A stretch of 64,000 nt of DNA from Rhizodiscina lignyota (lineage: Eukaryota), in the NCBI GenBank assembly GCA_010015805.1, contig ML978121.1:2914001-2978000 (forward strand), written 5' to 3'. Shown in pieces: positions 36,409 through 50,098 of the stretch (position 1 is the stretch's first letter; each line of letters begins with the position of its first letter). Both the position numbers and the translations under genes were made by a program. The notes beneath the pieces were generated by a model. The model had not been told where the DNA came from. It saw only the letters and a program-made list of their open reading frames with translations, and searched no databases.

Positions 36409-36884
36409 TCACAAATCTAGCAAATCATCATCGTCGTCCTCCCACCCACTCTTCCTCACGACCTGTATCTTCCCACCGCCAGCTCCGCCCGCACCATCGC
36501 CACCCCCTTCCTGCTCACTCATCGCGCCCAGCAACTGCTTCAGCTGCTCCTCCGTCACCTTCTCCCTCAGTTGCCCGCTGCGCGCCAACGCAATGAGCCT
36601 GTTCTCGACATCCGTCGCGCGTGATTCCTTGACCAGCTTGATGCGGTTTAAGCGGTCTGCGGCTTCTGGAGAGATGATCTGCGAGAGGATGGAGGCGCGT
36701 GCTTCTGCTTCGCGCGAGGCTTGTTGGTCGGCCTGCGAGGAGTCGGGCGAGGAGGGGCTTTGGGTGGAGTTGCCTCGAAGCTGGGCGAGGCGTGCTTTTC
36801 TGATCTGGCGAGGTGTCAGTGAGGGATATTGCAGATAAAATGGGGTAGAGAGGAGCTCACTTCTTCCAAATCTGGGTCTGCCAT
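36409..36884 (-). CDS. PDCD5: PDCD5/Sdd2-like dsDNA-binding protein
   Basis: MADPDLEE/IRKARLAQL...ILSQIISPEAADRLNRIKLVKESRATDVENRLIALARSGQLREKVTEEQL. Intron at about 36806-36860. Confidence 0.93.
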
Positions 36885-37595
36885 GTTTGTGTGGTTCAAA
36901 TGAGAGTTGTGCTCATAAGCTCAAAAAGTGGCAGTCAAGTCTCGCGACACGCGATGCGCCCCACTTTGACTGGCGTGCCCACGGCGAAGTGATGCCGAAG
37001 TTACGCCCGCCGTGTGAACCTAGTTCAAGGTCCACGGTCGCGTTCTAACTTAGATCTTCCATCGGACAATTAATCCAGCTGCATTTCCGAAATATTCACT
37101 TGTTCTGGTAATGCCGATGACTGCCTTAAAGGGAGCTGCGCGCGGAGTTGAAAACAATTGCATGGTTCGCTAATCTCGTCTGTGAAACTCGCCGCCATAG
37201 AATAATGAGTGGTTGTGGATATCGGTCTTTCAAACTCGCCGACAGATCAGCATTCAATTTCCTGAATAGCTCCAATCTTCGACAACACGACCTACTTGTG
37301 GATTCGACCGTGATATTTTCTAACCGTCCGTTGACTGTCAAGGGCGCAGAACAGCCTCACAGTTCCTTCCACAATCTCACCGTCAAGCATCATGAGCTCT
37401 TTCCTCACTTCTTTGCTTCCCGGGACCTCCGAGCAGTTTCCTCTAAGCAAAGGGCCGTAGCTTCCGTGGCAGAATATATCAATGACGATGATGGAGCATA
37501 TGATGGCATTAACATCCAACAGATCAAATCTAAGAGGAACTTTGTGCAATTGCCTTTCCTGAGCTTCACTGCCGAAGAGCACATCTGAACAAACA

Positions 37596-38607
37596 ATGTC
37601 AAAGATCGACGTACATCACCACTTCTATCCAAGCTTCTTCTCGGAAGGTATGTGTATCGAAAATGCGTGGTAAGTATGCAATCTGACAATTTCCAGCAAT
37701 CATCAGGAATGGAGGTGACCCTTCAGGCTGGCATGTACCTGACTGGTCGGCCGATGCTTCGCGAGAGATCTCAGCTCGAATCGGAGTCAAGACAGCCATT
37801 CTGTCAATGACCGCACCCGGCGCTATGATCGAGAGAGACCCCAAAGACGCCGCAGCGCTTGCGCGTAGGGGTAACCTAGCTGGCGCTGAACTCCGCGATT
37901 CTGACCCAGAGCACTTCGGGTTTTACGCCAACTTGCCATCGCTTCTGGATACCGAAACCTGTCTGGCGGAGCTGGCATTTGCCCTTGATGAGCTGCATGC
38001 CGATGGCGTGGTCATTTTTACGCGCTATGGCGACGACAACCACTACCTTGGGCATCCCGACTTCATTTCTATTTGGAAGGAGCTCAACCGTCGCAAGGTT
38101 GTTGTCTTCATCCATCCCACTCATGCTGTGGACACGCATCTTGTAAATCCCAGCCTTCCGCAGCCTATGTTTGACTACCCGCACGAGACTGGGCACACCG
38201 CAATCGACATGATCGTCAGTGGTACTCTCAAGAACTATGCTCCAGACTGCAAGATCATTCTCAGCCACGCTGGGGGTACTCTACCTTACCTCATTTACCG
38301 CGTGGCCGGCATGATACCGTACACGCAAATGAATGAGCGCGTGAAAAAGAGCACAGAAGAGATCGTTGAGGAGGCAAAAATGTTCTATTTCGACACAGCA
38401 ATTAGTGCGAACGAGATTACGCTCAAGGCATTGCTCGCACTTGCAAAGCCCGGCCACATCCTCTTTGGCAGCGACTTTCCGAATGCGCCGACAAAGGGTA
38501 TTGAGTTTTTCAGGAAGAGCCTTGACGAGTTTGAGATGGATAAAGAGACGAGGAAGAACATAGAGTATGGCGCTGCACATGAGCTGTTCCCGAGACTTAA
38601 GGTATGA
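37596..38607 (+). CDS. Amidohydrolase-2 family decarboxylase (ACMSD/6-methylsalicylate decarboxylase-like)
   Basis: [43 protein letters not shown] and ILFGSDFP. Intron 37648-37696. Confidence 0.9.
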
Positions 38608-38824
38608 GGACTGGTAGAGCAAACACGTTTTTCTGCGTAGCCTTGTAGCTATTTGATGTTGCCCTTTTTGATTGATTCAGAATACAATTGCTGCTTTAAC
38701 GAATGACTTGGGGACAACACAGTGGAATGGCTCAGAACATATCACTTCAACATCTCTCCCGACATCGTTACCAGCAGTCAATCTACCCCCGTTGACGTCT
38801 GCACCTCCTTCATATATTGCCGTC

Positions 38825-39441
38825 TCAAGCTGCGAAGCGTCTATTCTTAGGGTCCTCCGGGATTGGGCTTATTACCCCATTAGGGCAACTACACCTCATC
38901 AGCTATCTTACTCTTATAAGCGTATCACACATCTCGTCTTACCTGTAATCATGTGGATCATAGCATCCTCCAGCGCAGCGCTCCGTATAGAACGGGCAGA
39001 GCAAACCACCTGCATAGCAATGATACTTCTCCGGATCGAACGGGTTCGACTGTGCGCCGGGACAGGTAGCCAGCTGCCCTTTGTAATTCTTCTGGGCCAC
39101 GAGCGCGCCATTTATGCAGCTGGCGTTCGGATACAGGTGTCAGCCAATCCTGGTATCGAAGCAGAGAGGCAGAAATGAGTAACTTACACGTAGTCCGTGG
39201 GCGCGTAGCAAGAGCCGCTGCAAGCATAGGTAGTGTAGCCATTGGGGTTCTTTGGGCAAAGGAGGTCGCGGTTCTCGACGCCCTCGCCTTGGAAGCAATA
39301 GTACTTCGAGACGTCGTAGCTCTGCTGACCATTGGGATTGCTAGAGGTTTTCTTCACGTTGTAGCAGGTCCCGGTGGTGACGGCGTTTACCCCTGCGATA
39401 GCAAAAGCGATAGCGGCGAAGATGGATGCGAGACGAGCCAT
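38825..39441 (-). CDS. Small secreted Cys-rich protein with two tandem CBM52-like modules
   Basis: Signal peptide. After splicing two introns the modules read YDVSKYYC...LLCP...CSGSCYAPTDYVCINGAL and FDPEKYHC...LLCP...CAGGCYDPHDYSCPNG. Confidence 0.75.
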
Positions 39442-40476
39442 CGTGGGTGATGCGACTCGAAAGCTTTGCTTGGTATGTATCAAAGTTGATTCAGAAACTG
39501 ACTAGAGACTGCTGTGCTGCTGACGAAGGAAAGAGAGCACAGAGTGAGAAGGCTTGGTCGCTTTATACACGTCGACATTGAAGGAAGAACAAACAGATGT
39601 CACCTTGTTGCCTTCCTCGTGACATCGTGAATGCGGAGCAACGAAGCTAGAGATTATGTCCCGCTGTATAAGGTACATGTTGACAGTCCATTCACGAAGC
39701 TGCAAGCCCGCTGAATGTCAACGCCATATGCAGTTGTGCAACGAGGCACAATCGCGGGGAAGCTGAAGACCTCGAACTAGCGGCTGTTCGGAACTGTGCG
39801 CGAAATAGCGCAAGGCACCATTCGTAAACTGTGAACCGGTCAAGAGATGATCAAGGTGACAATGCCTATTGTCCGGTGTACTTCAGTTGCCCCCCGGCGT
39901 TCGTGGTGTACGTCCTTAACCTACGTAGATCGTTGCGCTACCTAAGAAGAGGCTATTAGTCAAAACTGTAACAGGTACAAGATCTAGGCTGAGGGTTTAT
40001 TAGAGCTCAGGCCACCAATAGGGTGTCAATAGAATGCGGAGGCCCGAGAACCGTACTCTATTGACGGCTTTCACCTCGTGTATATGTTGTGATACAGGTC
40101 CGGACCTCAACTGAGAGCCGGTGACCTTCAATTGGTACTCGGCTTCAAAATGTTTGATTTTTAGGTCCAATTAGCCGCTCACAGACAATGCCCTGGCTCG
40201 CATAATGCTTTGACAGTATGATATTACCGTGCCAAGTAATCGTTAAACGTCCAGAGCATTTTTCATGTAATGCTTCGGAGGCTCCGACGTTGTGATCATA
40301 CAGATCACATGGAAAGGAAATACGAGGCTGTAAAAATTGTGGTTGGAAATGGTAACTGCCGTGAAAGGCGACGAGCGAGAAGCGACGTTCTTGACATGCA
40401 CAACAATTGACAGGTCCGACGAGATCATTCGGCGACGATAATACATATTTGTACAGAGCTCATATCAGTTACCTTA

Positions 40477-43031
40477 TTACCGCTTTCCACCTCTGAGAAG
40501 TCCAATATACCTCTCAATCTCCACGCCGTCCTGTCCCGCGGTACCGAAGTTACCCCTCAACTCTTCTAAGGCTTTAAGATCCTTGCTCTTATATGCCTCT
40601 TCCGCCGCCTTGGCGACCATGCCACACTTGATCCACATCTCGACTTTTTCCTTCGGCCCGACACCAGTGCACTTCGGAACATACAAACTTGCCAGTCTCG
40701 TATTTCCCGCTCCTAACACCGCGTTGAAGTAGGGCTCCCAACCAATTGGGGATTTCTTCTGTCGGCTTAGCTCTTCGAGGGCGTTCCAGTTGCGTGAGTC
40801 TACCAGGGCGCGCAGCTGGATCCAAGCAAACGTCTTGGGAGGAACGGAGAATGCGGACTGAAGAGACGTGGCACGTCTGGCTTGGTTGAGACTGATGAGC
40901 TTGTGTAGAGTTTCATTCAAGCTGAGGCCGGCGAATGTCACGGCACCATCACCGCTGAGGTCTTTTTCTAGACCTTCCTGTGCACGGAGGAGACGCTGTG
41001 CCTCATCGAGGGCCTTGGCATGGAATGAGTGGTCCCGCGAATCTTGCAAGAGCTTCGATGCAAGTTTGAGCTTGTCAATGCGGGGTTGCGCATCTTTCTG
41101 CTTCAGAGCATCCTCGAGGAGTAAATTGGCACCGTCGAGGCGGCGATCATCCTGGTAATACAAATCCTTGAGTAGCTCAGTGTCTTGATCGCGGGCGGAA
41201 GACTCGACAAGAGCAGTGGCAACGGGGCGGGTGTTAATCGTGCGGAAGAACGACGCTAGAGCTAGCTTCTTCCGGAGGTGGATGAGCACGTAGTACACGA
41301 GGTCGGTGTCACCACTTTCGATGGCTTTGTCGAGCGCTATTCCATCCTCTTTCATACTGAGAAGAAGAGGCACTTGCTTCCCGGCCCGAGGCTCGTAGTT
41401 GAGAAGGTCAGTAGCGAGTTTTGTGCGACCCTCATCGTAAGCAGCACGTGCAATGATCTCGAACGATATTCCAGGTTTGCCCGAAAGACGTTGTACTATC
41501 ATCTGACAAATTTCTTCCTCTGGATCTGAGGACACCTTGACCTTTTGGCAAGCCCAATGGACATAAATGTTGTCTGTTGGAAGCCGGAGGTATTCCGCAA
41601 TCTTGAGGGCAAGTAAATACTCGTTGCGATTGATGAGCCGCTGGATGAGCCTTTCTGGAGTGAGCCGCATGTACTGATCATAGCTCAATGGTATCCCGAC
41701 TTCATAGAATCGTACGCCATTTAAGACACGCAGTGTTTCTAACATGTCAACAAAGTCGTCGGAATTGTACAAGTCAAGAACTGACTTGCCAAAACTTGCT
41801 GCTCGAAGAAGCTGCTTTTGCCAATGGATGGAGTATTCCTGACCAGCTGCGCGTACACATGCATCGACGGCACTGTCGAGATCCGCCTTGATCAGCTGAA
41901 TATTGTCATCGGCTTTCGGTGATCTCTTATCGAGCTGATCGATTGCATCGAGTAGTATTGACGCCGGTGACGTAGACCCGAGCCTGAAGACCTCTTCTGT
42001 AGCTTCTGGCACCTTCTGCAAAAATTCGCAGATGTCATTCGTGAAGACACGCACCCCATCATAATCCGGAATAAGGTGAACCCAGCCATCGTAGAAATAG
42101 CGCGAAGCGGCACCATTTGGACCAACGAGATGGACTTCATCTTCCCAGGCAAGTACGACGGCATTGTTTCCGCACCATTGCATGTCCTTCGGGACTGTCT
42201 TTGACTTTGAATCGTATTCGCTCAGTCGATTCTGAAAGTCACTTGACACCACCCAGACTTTTCCGTCTTCTGTGTACAAGGCGACATATTTGCCGTTGGA
42301 TGACACACTGATATGCTTGAATGGTCCTCTGTCCAAGCCACGATCCTCGCAGTCCGTAGCATCCACCACGAATATGGTCTGTCCGATGGCAAGGAGGACT
42401 TCGACAGACCTAGAAAGGGACTCCGCAGGGGGTATCAGCGTCCATGATACGACGGGCTCTTCGGGAGGCACAGCAAGGAGCTTTGGGCGTGGTTCATGGT
42501 ATTGTGATACGGCGACGAGGTTGTTATTACCAAGCAATGCCACGAAACCGGACGACCAAAATCGGCAGGCGATGACTCCATGCGCTTCCGCGCCATGGCC
42601 GAGCGAGAATGGGTCAAAGTCGCTCTGCAGGTCGCTGTAGCATCTTACGTCCCCACTTTCGGTTACGACCAAGAGTTTTTCATCCTCTGACCATCCGAGA
42701 CCTTTGATGGCACCTTGATCCCAATTGATCCGCCGGATAAGTTTCCCCGCACAACTGTATATATCGATGCTCGACTTCGCCGCTTGCGTGCCACGGTAGG
42801 TGTGTATCTTCCTCTCATCTCGGTAGAATGCTTACAAATGGCGACAAATGTTAACGAATCTTCTCCACAGGTAGCCAAGAGCTCGCACCTACCTAACGCG
42901 CCGCTGTACGGAGCTCCAGCTATAACGTAGTTCTCAAGCTCGAGGTCCTGGTCGAAGACGCTTGTGTATAGCTGCGTCTTGCGGTAGAAACGGTCGCCAA
43001 CCCTCTCCCAGTCGGCAGTGGGCTTCGACAT
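40477..43031 (-). CDS. VPS16: HOPS/CORVET subunit Vps16
   Basis: MSKPTADWERVGDRFYRK, GAPYSGALA, QKQLLRAASFGKS, QVPLLLSM...ALDKAIESGDTDL and KKSPIGWEPY. One 5' intron. Confidence 0.97.
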
Positions 43032-44040
43032 GTTCTCATCAGCGCCATTGAGGCACTGTTGCCGTCGTGAAATAAAGATGGAGGCAGATGGACGAAGCTG
43101 CTGATCGCGCAAGGTTGCGTGCCTCCTCCGCTAGTTCGTCCGTGGTACGTAGGGTATTGCAGCGTATCCGCGCGGCTAATTTGAAACAAGCTTTGGCCCA
43201 AGCGCCGACGCTGACAAAGATTGAGCAAATTTTAAACGTCACTCGAACGTCTTCACGGCCGTATACCTCCAATTTTCCTGTTTAGGGCAATCGGTTCTGC
43301 TCATGCTGCATGCTGGAGATCGGATCTATCGGAGAAGCTGCTGAACAAAGCTTGGTGCCAAGCGCCTCAACGTTTTTACTCTCCGATGCGGCGGCATGCT
43401 ACTCGCGGGAGCCATGCAAGTCGACAGCGAGGATCAAGGGATTATAAACCCTACTTGCAACATCTCTCCGAAATCTCCTCTGGTACGTACTGTAGCTGCT
43501 GCATCGTGGTCCTCTTGTGGGATATGGCGGCGTCATGCTTTATTGAGAATGCTCTCGTATGGAGTAGAGGAACATAAGCAGGAGCGGTATTCGGCATCGT
43601 CGTGCCGTGTCCTGGCGGTGACGGCTACTCGGGTTTCACTGCAGAACGTCCAAACCCAGAAGTGGATCTTGCTAGACTTTTCGGGCCAACCACTTAAGTG
43701 AGGCATCGGCCGCTCATTTTTTTTTGTGTAGATGAAGTGCAGTCCACAAGCAACGGTCGATCATTATTCAGCTACGGCTATATGATCATCTCCCAACATG
43801 AACTGATTTGCTTAAGCCCGTCTTGCTCCCGCTGCTCTCGTGTTACTTCCCTCTTGAGAAACTGCTAACCAAGAACTGCTCTTGCTGGGTTTCTTGATTT
43901 TTAATTCTGTCAACAAGTGTGGGGCAGGCAGTTGCATTTCTTGAACACCTGGCTCTGATCTTTCAATTTAAGCGAGCAAGACTCCTTCAGCTCAACTTGC
44001 CTCCTTTCCATTGCCAGCACACTCTCATCATTGAGCCACG

Positions 44041-47000
44041 ATGTGGACATCAGCACTTCCAGATGATGCTCGCGGCCGTCGCGAGCAAGAACAAGGTCCC
44101 GAGAATCCGTGGCATAACTTCAACAACGCCGAGGAGCACGAGCAGAGGTCTCCAAACGACGATGTAATTGAGTCTCCCGAATCCCCACAGTCGCCCAGCT
44201 CCGAGAAAGACTGTGATGGGACTTGGGGCGAGCGAGACACTGGAATCCGAAGCCGGGCCGACGCACTCCAAGAATATGATATTCTTCGTCATGAATTAAC
44301 TGAGCTTCGAAAAACGCAATCCCGAGCAAGATCACGTTCGCTTCGCCGCATAACAACGAATCGAAGCACTCAAAGCGCCAGGACAGAGAAGAGCCGTCGA
44401 AGTACAAGAAGTCGACTTTCCATTGCCAGGCGGCTGACACGAGGAAGATCCAAGATTAAGGATGAAGAGGACATAGGAGACGGTACTGAATCAGTGGAAG
44501 AGCCTGAAGATGATGTTGAAGACACAGAAGAGGAAGAAGAGGGATTTGAGCTGGACCAATTCATGAAGGAGGGGCATTTCGAGAAGCGTGTGGAAGGGCG
44601 ATCCGCGAAGAAAGTGGGAGTCATTTGGAAGAGCTTAACAGTCAAAGGCATCGGCTCGACATCAACAACCGTTAGGACTGTCCCAGATGCAGTCATCGGC
44701 AGTTTTGGGCCAGACCTGTACCGCATCATCACACATTTTATTCCAGCTCTACGCTTTAGTCGCCATGTTCAGACACGAACGTTGATTCACGACTTTACTG
44801 GTGTCCTTCGGGATGGCGAAATGATGCTTGTACTCGGGCGCCCTGGCTCAGGTTGCTCCACTTTCCTGAAAGCAATCTCCAACAATAGAGAGTCATACGC
44901 TGCCGTCGAAGGAGAAGTATCTTACGGAGGAATCTCTGCGGAGAGGCAAAAGAGGCTCTTCCGAGGCGAAGTTAATTACAATCCAGAGGACGACAAGCAT
45001 TTCGCTGCTCTCAATGTCTGGCAGACACTCAAGTTTTCGCTCATGAACAAAACGAAGAAGCGTGAGAAAGACGAGATCCCGATCATTATCAATGCTCTCC
45101 TACGAATGTTTGGCATCAGCCATACGAAATACACATTGGTTGGTGACGAGTACATACGTGGAGTCAGCGGTGGCGAAAGGTATACATTCGCTCGTGAAAA
45201 CATTGGTTATCCATTCAACTAATAGGATTTAGAAAACGTGTGTCAATTGCCGAAACACTGGCATCGAAGTCCACCGTCGTTTGCTGGGATAACTCAACTC
45301 GTGGCCTCGACTCCTCCACTGCGCTCGATTACGCTAAATCCCTCCGCATCATGACGGATATCAGCAACCGTACCACTCTCGTTACCCTCTACCAGGCCGG
45401 AGAAGGCATCTATCGGCAGATGGATAAAGTCCTTGTTATTGATGAGGGGCGCTGTATATTCCAGGGCCCTGCAGAAGATGCCAAACAGTACTTCATTGAT
45501 TTAGGTTTCCTTTGTCCGGAGCGTCAAACCACTGCAGATTTCTTAACAGCAGTCACAGACCCTGGAGAAAGACGCTTCCGAGAGGGTTATGAGTCGAAAG
45601 TACCCAAGACGCCAGAGGACCTCGAACGTGCATTCAGAGCTTCTCCCAACTATCAGAGGGTCTTACAGGGCGTCCAGGCATATGAGCAAGAGCTCCACGA
45701 TACCGATTTTGCAGATGCAAAACAGTTTGAACGGACAATACAAGAGCAGAAGAGCAACAAGACTGTCGCAAAATCCTCGAACTATACTGTCAGCTTCCCG
45801 CGCCAGGTTCTGGCGTGTACCCGGCGCGAGTTCTGGCTAATTTTCGGAGACACCACAACGCTGTATACAAAGTTCTGGATCATCATCAGCAACAGCTTAA
45901 TCGTCGGGTCATTGTTCTGGGGACAGCCTCTTAATACGGATGGCGCGTTTAGTCGCGGTGGCGCTGGTGAGTTATCATCTAACCCCAGATGGTATTGGAC
46001 CATGGTCAAAATGCTAACCTGCGTAGCATTCTTCGCTATTGTCTTTTTAGGCTGGTTGCAGCTTACAGAACTCATGAAGGCCGTCAGCGGCCGAGCTGTC
46101 GTGGAGCGTCACAAAGATTATGCGTTCTATCGACCTTCCGCCGTCGCCATCGCAAGAGTCGTCACGGATTTTCCCATACTGTTAGCGCAGGTCGTTCCGT
46201 TCTGCATCGCATTCTACTTCATGGCTGGGTTTGACGTCGATGTCTCCAAATTCTGGATCTTCCTTCTGTTCGTTTATACGATCACAATCTGCATCACGGC
46301 TCTGTATCGCATGTTCGCTGCGTTGTCTCCATCAATTGATGACGCGGTTCGGTTCAGTGGTATCGGACTTAACCTCCTGGTTATATTCACTGGATACGTG
46401 ATCCCGAAACCACAGCTAGTCGACAAGTACATCTGGTTTGGATGGCTCTCCTATGTCAATCCAATTGGATACGCCTTTGAAGGGGTCCTTTCGAGCGAAT
46501 TCGGAGATCGTACAATGGAATGCTCCAGCCTGGATTTAGTTCCGCAGGGCCCCAATGCGAACCCAGCGAATCAAGGCTGTGCGCTTTCAGGATCTAGTCT
46601 CAACGCGCGTACAGTATCCGGCTCAGCTTACCTTCAGGCAACATACACATACAGTAGAACTCACCTGTGGCGTAACTTTGGAATCATGATTGCCTTCACC
46701 CTGTTCTACATTGCCGTCACAGTCATTGCAACCGAGCTAGTCTCCTTTGTTGAGGCGGGCAGTGGTGCACTTGTTTTCAAAAATTCTCGCAGGACAAAAA
46801 AGATCCTGCAGCAAAAGTCAACGGATGAGGAGAAAGTCGTTCCAGAGAATCCAAACACTAGCTCGAAGAGCTCCAGCAATACGGCAAACGATGCGTTTGA
46901 CGCTGACAAGAAGGGGAGACAGGAGGAGACACTGCAGAAGCTGTCTATGAGTGATAGCATTTTTACGTGGCGCGACGTCGAGTACACCGTTCCCTACCGC

Positions 47001-49028
47001 GGCGGCGAGCGGAAGTTGCTCAACAAAGTCTCAGGCTACGCCATGCCCGGCAAGATGGTAGCTTTGGTTGGTGCCTCTGGTGCCGGGAAGACAACTCTGC
47101 TGAACACGCTGTCTCAGCGCCAAACTGTCGGGGTCTTATCTGGGGAGATGCTCGTCGACGGAAAGCCTCTCGGTCCCGATTTTCAGCGCAGCACTGGCTT
47201 CTGTGAGCAAATGGATCTGCACGATGGCACTGCGACGATCAGAGAGGCTTTGGAATTCTCGGCTATGCTCAGACAGAATGCTGAGGTGCCGACAAAAGAG
47301 AAGATTGAATACGTCGATCGTATCATTGACCTTCTTGAGCTCGGCGATATCCAAAATGCTATCATATCAAGTCTGGGTGTGGAGCAGAGGAAACGTCTCA
47401 CGATTGGCGTCGAACTGGCAGCCAAACCGTCCTTACTGTTGTTCTTAGATGAGGTGAGTACATTCCTTGATTACTCTCGAGGGTGGCCAACTATTCTATC
47501 ACCCTCAAGCATGTATAACGTGAAATGCATACATAAACTAACCTCATCACAGCCGACGAGCGGTCTCGATTCGAACTCGGCGTACTCGATTGTACGGTTC
47601 TTGAAGAAGCTCGCAGCTGCTGGGCAAGCGATTGTTTGCACCATTCACCAGCCAAGCTCAATCCTCATTCAACAATTCGACATGATCCTCGCGTTGAACC
47701 CAGGCGGAAACGTCTTCTATTTCGGCCCTGTCGGAGAAAATGGTAAAGACGTGATCAAATACTTCGGTGACCGCGGTGTCCACTGTCCACCAAACAGGAA
47801 CGTTGCGGAATTTATCTTGGAGACTGCAATCAAAGGCGGCAAACGTGTCAATGGCAAAAAGTTAAACTGGACCGAAGAATGGCGTAATTCTCAAGAGCAA
47901 CGTGGGGTCTTAGCTGAAATCGACCACGTCCACAGGACTCGCAAAGAGCTAACGCGCAACGACACGACGAATGCTGCGCAATTGCGCGAGTTCGCTGCAC
48001 CAATGTGGCTACAGACTGCGCTTCTCACTCAGCGCGTGTTCAGACAGCACTGGCGCGATCCGTCGTACTATTACGGCAAGCTCTTCATTTCCGTCATCCA
48101 GGGCATCTTCAACGGCTTCACATTCTACATGCTGGGCTCGACTGTCCAGGACATGCAGAATCGGATGTTTTCTTGCTTCTTGATTATAATGACTCCGCCT
48201 CTGATCGTTAACAGTACTCTGCCACGTTTTTGGACCTGTATGAAGCTATGGCAGGCCCGCGAACTTCCGTCCAGGATCTACGGCTGGATTCCTTTCACAA
48301 CCGCCATGGTAGTTAGCGAAATCCCTGCGGCCATCGTTGGTGCGGTAGTCTACTTTCTCTTGTGGTATTACCCAGTTGGCCTGCCGCGCGACTCCGCTAC
48401 CGCTGGATATGTCTTCTTGATGACTGTGGTGTTCTTCTTTTTCCAGGCAAGCTGGGGCCAGTGGATTGGCGCGTTCGCACCCAGTTTCACCGTCATCTCG
48501 AACATATTGCCCTTCTTCTTCGTCATGTTCAGTTTGTTCAATGGCGTGGTCCGGCCTTATGTGATGCTGCCCAATTTCTGGAAGTTCTGGATGTACTACA
48601 TCAACCCGGCGACGTGGTGGGTCGGCGGCGTGCTGGCAGCCACACTACATGGACAGCCTGTTGAGTGTGCTGATGCCGAGTTTGCTAAGTTCACGGCGCC
48701 AGCTGGAGAGTCATGCCAAAGCTACGCAGGCGGATATGTGCAGCAAGTGGGAGGATATGTGCAGGAGCTTGCGGGAGGGGTGTGTGGATTCTGCAGGTAT
48801 CGGAATGGAGACGAATACATGGCAATCTTGAATGTGCAACCGTCGGACAAGTGGAGGAACTTTGGCATCTTCATGGCGTTTGTTGTGAGCAATTGGGCGC
48901 TGGTATACTTCTTCGTGTGGAGCGTCAGGATCAAGGGGTGGAGCTTCGGATTTGGAAAACTTTCCGCGCTGCTAGGGAAGGGCGCGAATCTGATCAAGCG
49001 TGGATTGAAGGGCAGGAAAAATATGTGA
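44041..49028 (+). CDS. Full-size PDR-type (ABCG) ABC transporter
   Basis: NBD1: GRPGSGCSTFLK, GVSGGERKRVSIAE, CWDNSTRGLD. NBD2: GASGAGKTTLL, LGVEQRKRLTIGVEL, FLDEPTSGLDS. Two TMDs. Introns at about 45180-45232, 45968-46026 and 47454-47552. Confidence 0.97.
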
Positions 49029-49471
49029 AAAAGTTTTGGCCTAGCTTTGAGATGTGGTATCGGGCATGGAAGGTTTTTTCCCGCATTCTTCAAGGAGCTT
49101 ACTTGCTCTCGCCGTGTGATGACTTTTGAGATAGAAAATGGACAAAGAATGGACAGAAAATTCGCACTCTGGAGAGTATTATCAGATTAACTTCAAACTT
49201 CTGCGATTAATCTGAGTACAGACATTGAGAGAGCAATTCTAAGCCTTCGAGTTTTTGTAGTGCAGCTTGCCTTAGAAGATTTGCTTCTCGTTGTTGCAGA
49301 AATGAGACCCCCGTTGTCGGTTTTACGCTCAAGAGAAACTAGCTCTTTCGTAGATCAAAGAAAAGTTCATTGCGATCAAGAGAATCTGGACCAGAGGAGG
49401 ATGATCATCGGCCGGGAGAAGATGAAGACGAAGGCTCGTACTTGCTTCACTCAATTGACTTCACCAGCTTA

Positions 49472-49621
49472 ACTATTTTGTCACCCTCGGAACCCCCTCG
49501 CCTCCGGGGACTCGTCATCATTTATGGGTGGGACCCACCTAAACCCGGGTGGCGTAGGGCCCCTACGCCGGCTGGTTTTTGGGACGGTGTATGTACCCCG
49601 GCACGGGGGTGACAAAATAGT
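49472..49621. repeat. 150-bp segment bounded by perfect 15-bp inverted repeats, with an internal palindrome
   Basis: ACTATTTTGTCACCC (49472-49486) pairs with GGGTGACAAAATAGT (49607-49621). Internal GGCGTAGGG-C-CCCTACGCC. Confidence 0.7.
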
Positions 49622-50098
49622 CGAGCCCGATTGGATGAACGACCGCAGGAAGAACGAGTTTTGTTCTTCGACATAAACGACAGCATCTCTGAGAGTTCGA
49701 TTAGTATACACTACGCCACGTTTATCTAAAATAGGCAGCCATTAGTGCGTATAATTTGTATTAACTAACAAGGATATGCATCCTGGCAGCTCGACATCGG
49801 AGCCATAACTCAATCTTTCTGTCACCCACTTTTCCTAAGTTGGGTGTAAGAATTACCATGTAGTAGCTCCTTTGTAGCTCATTCCCTTCAACTATCTTAT
49901 CATTCTTGCGATATTGGAATCCTCGATCAGGAAAACGGTGTCGTTATTGCTTATGATAACCTTTTCCTCCACGATAATCCCGAAGATTTCTTTAAGGTAC
50001 CACGTTCTATTGTAGTCGAACTTAATAATACCTAAGCGAAAAGCCTCGTGGAGCTAGCGGAAACGTCCCGCCTTCCATTTCCACTCCCTGCGCTGGCA
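49481..50098 (-). pseudogene. Decayed ORF with RIP-like TAA/TAG stops; product unknown
   Basis: One frame of about 205 codons reads as protein-like. It has five internal stops, all TAG or TAA, and is TpA-rich. Confidence 0.5.

Noticed and set aside
17067..37011. Shared TTACGCCCGCC in two divergent promoters (about 17067 and 37001)
   Set aside because: An 11-mer match is expected by chance in 64 kb, and I cannot assign a factor.
37596..38607. Patulin/yanuthone-type secondary metabolite cluster
   Set aside because: No PKS, P450 or other tailoring genes nearby.
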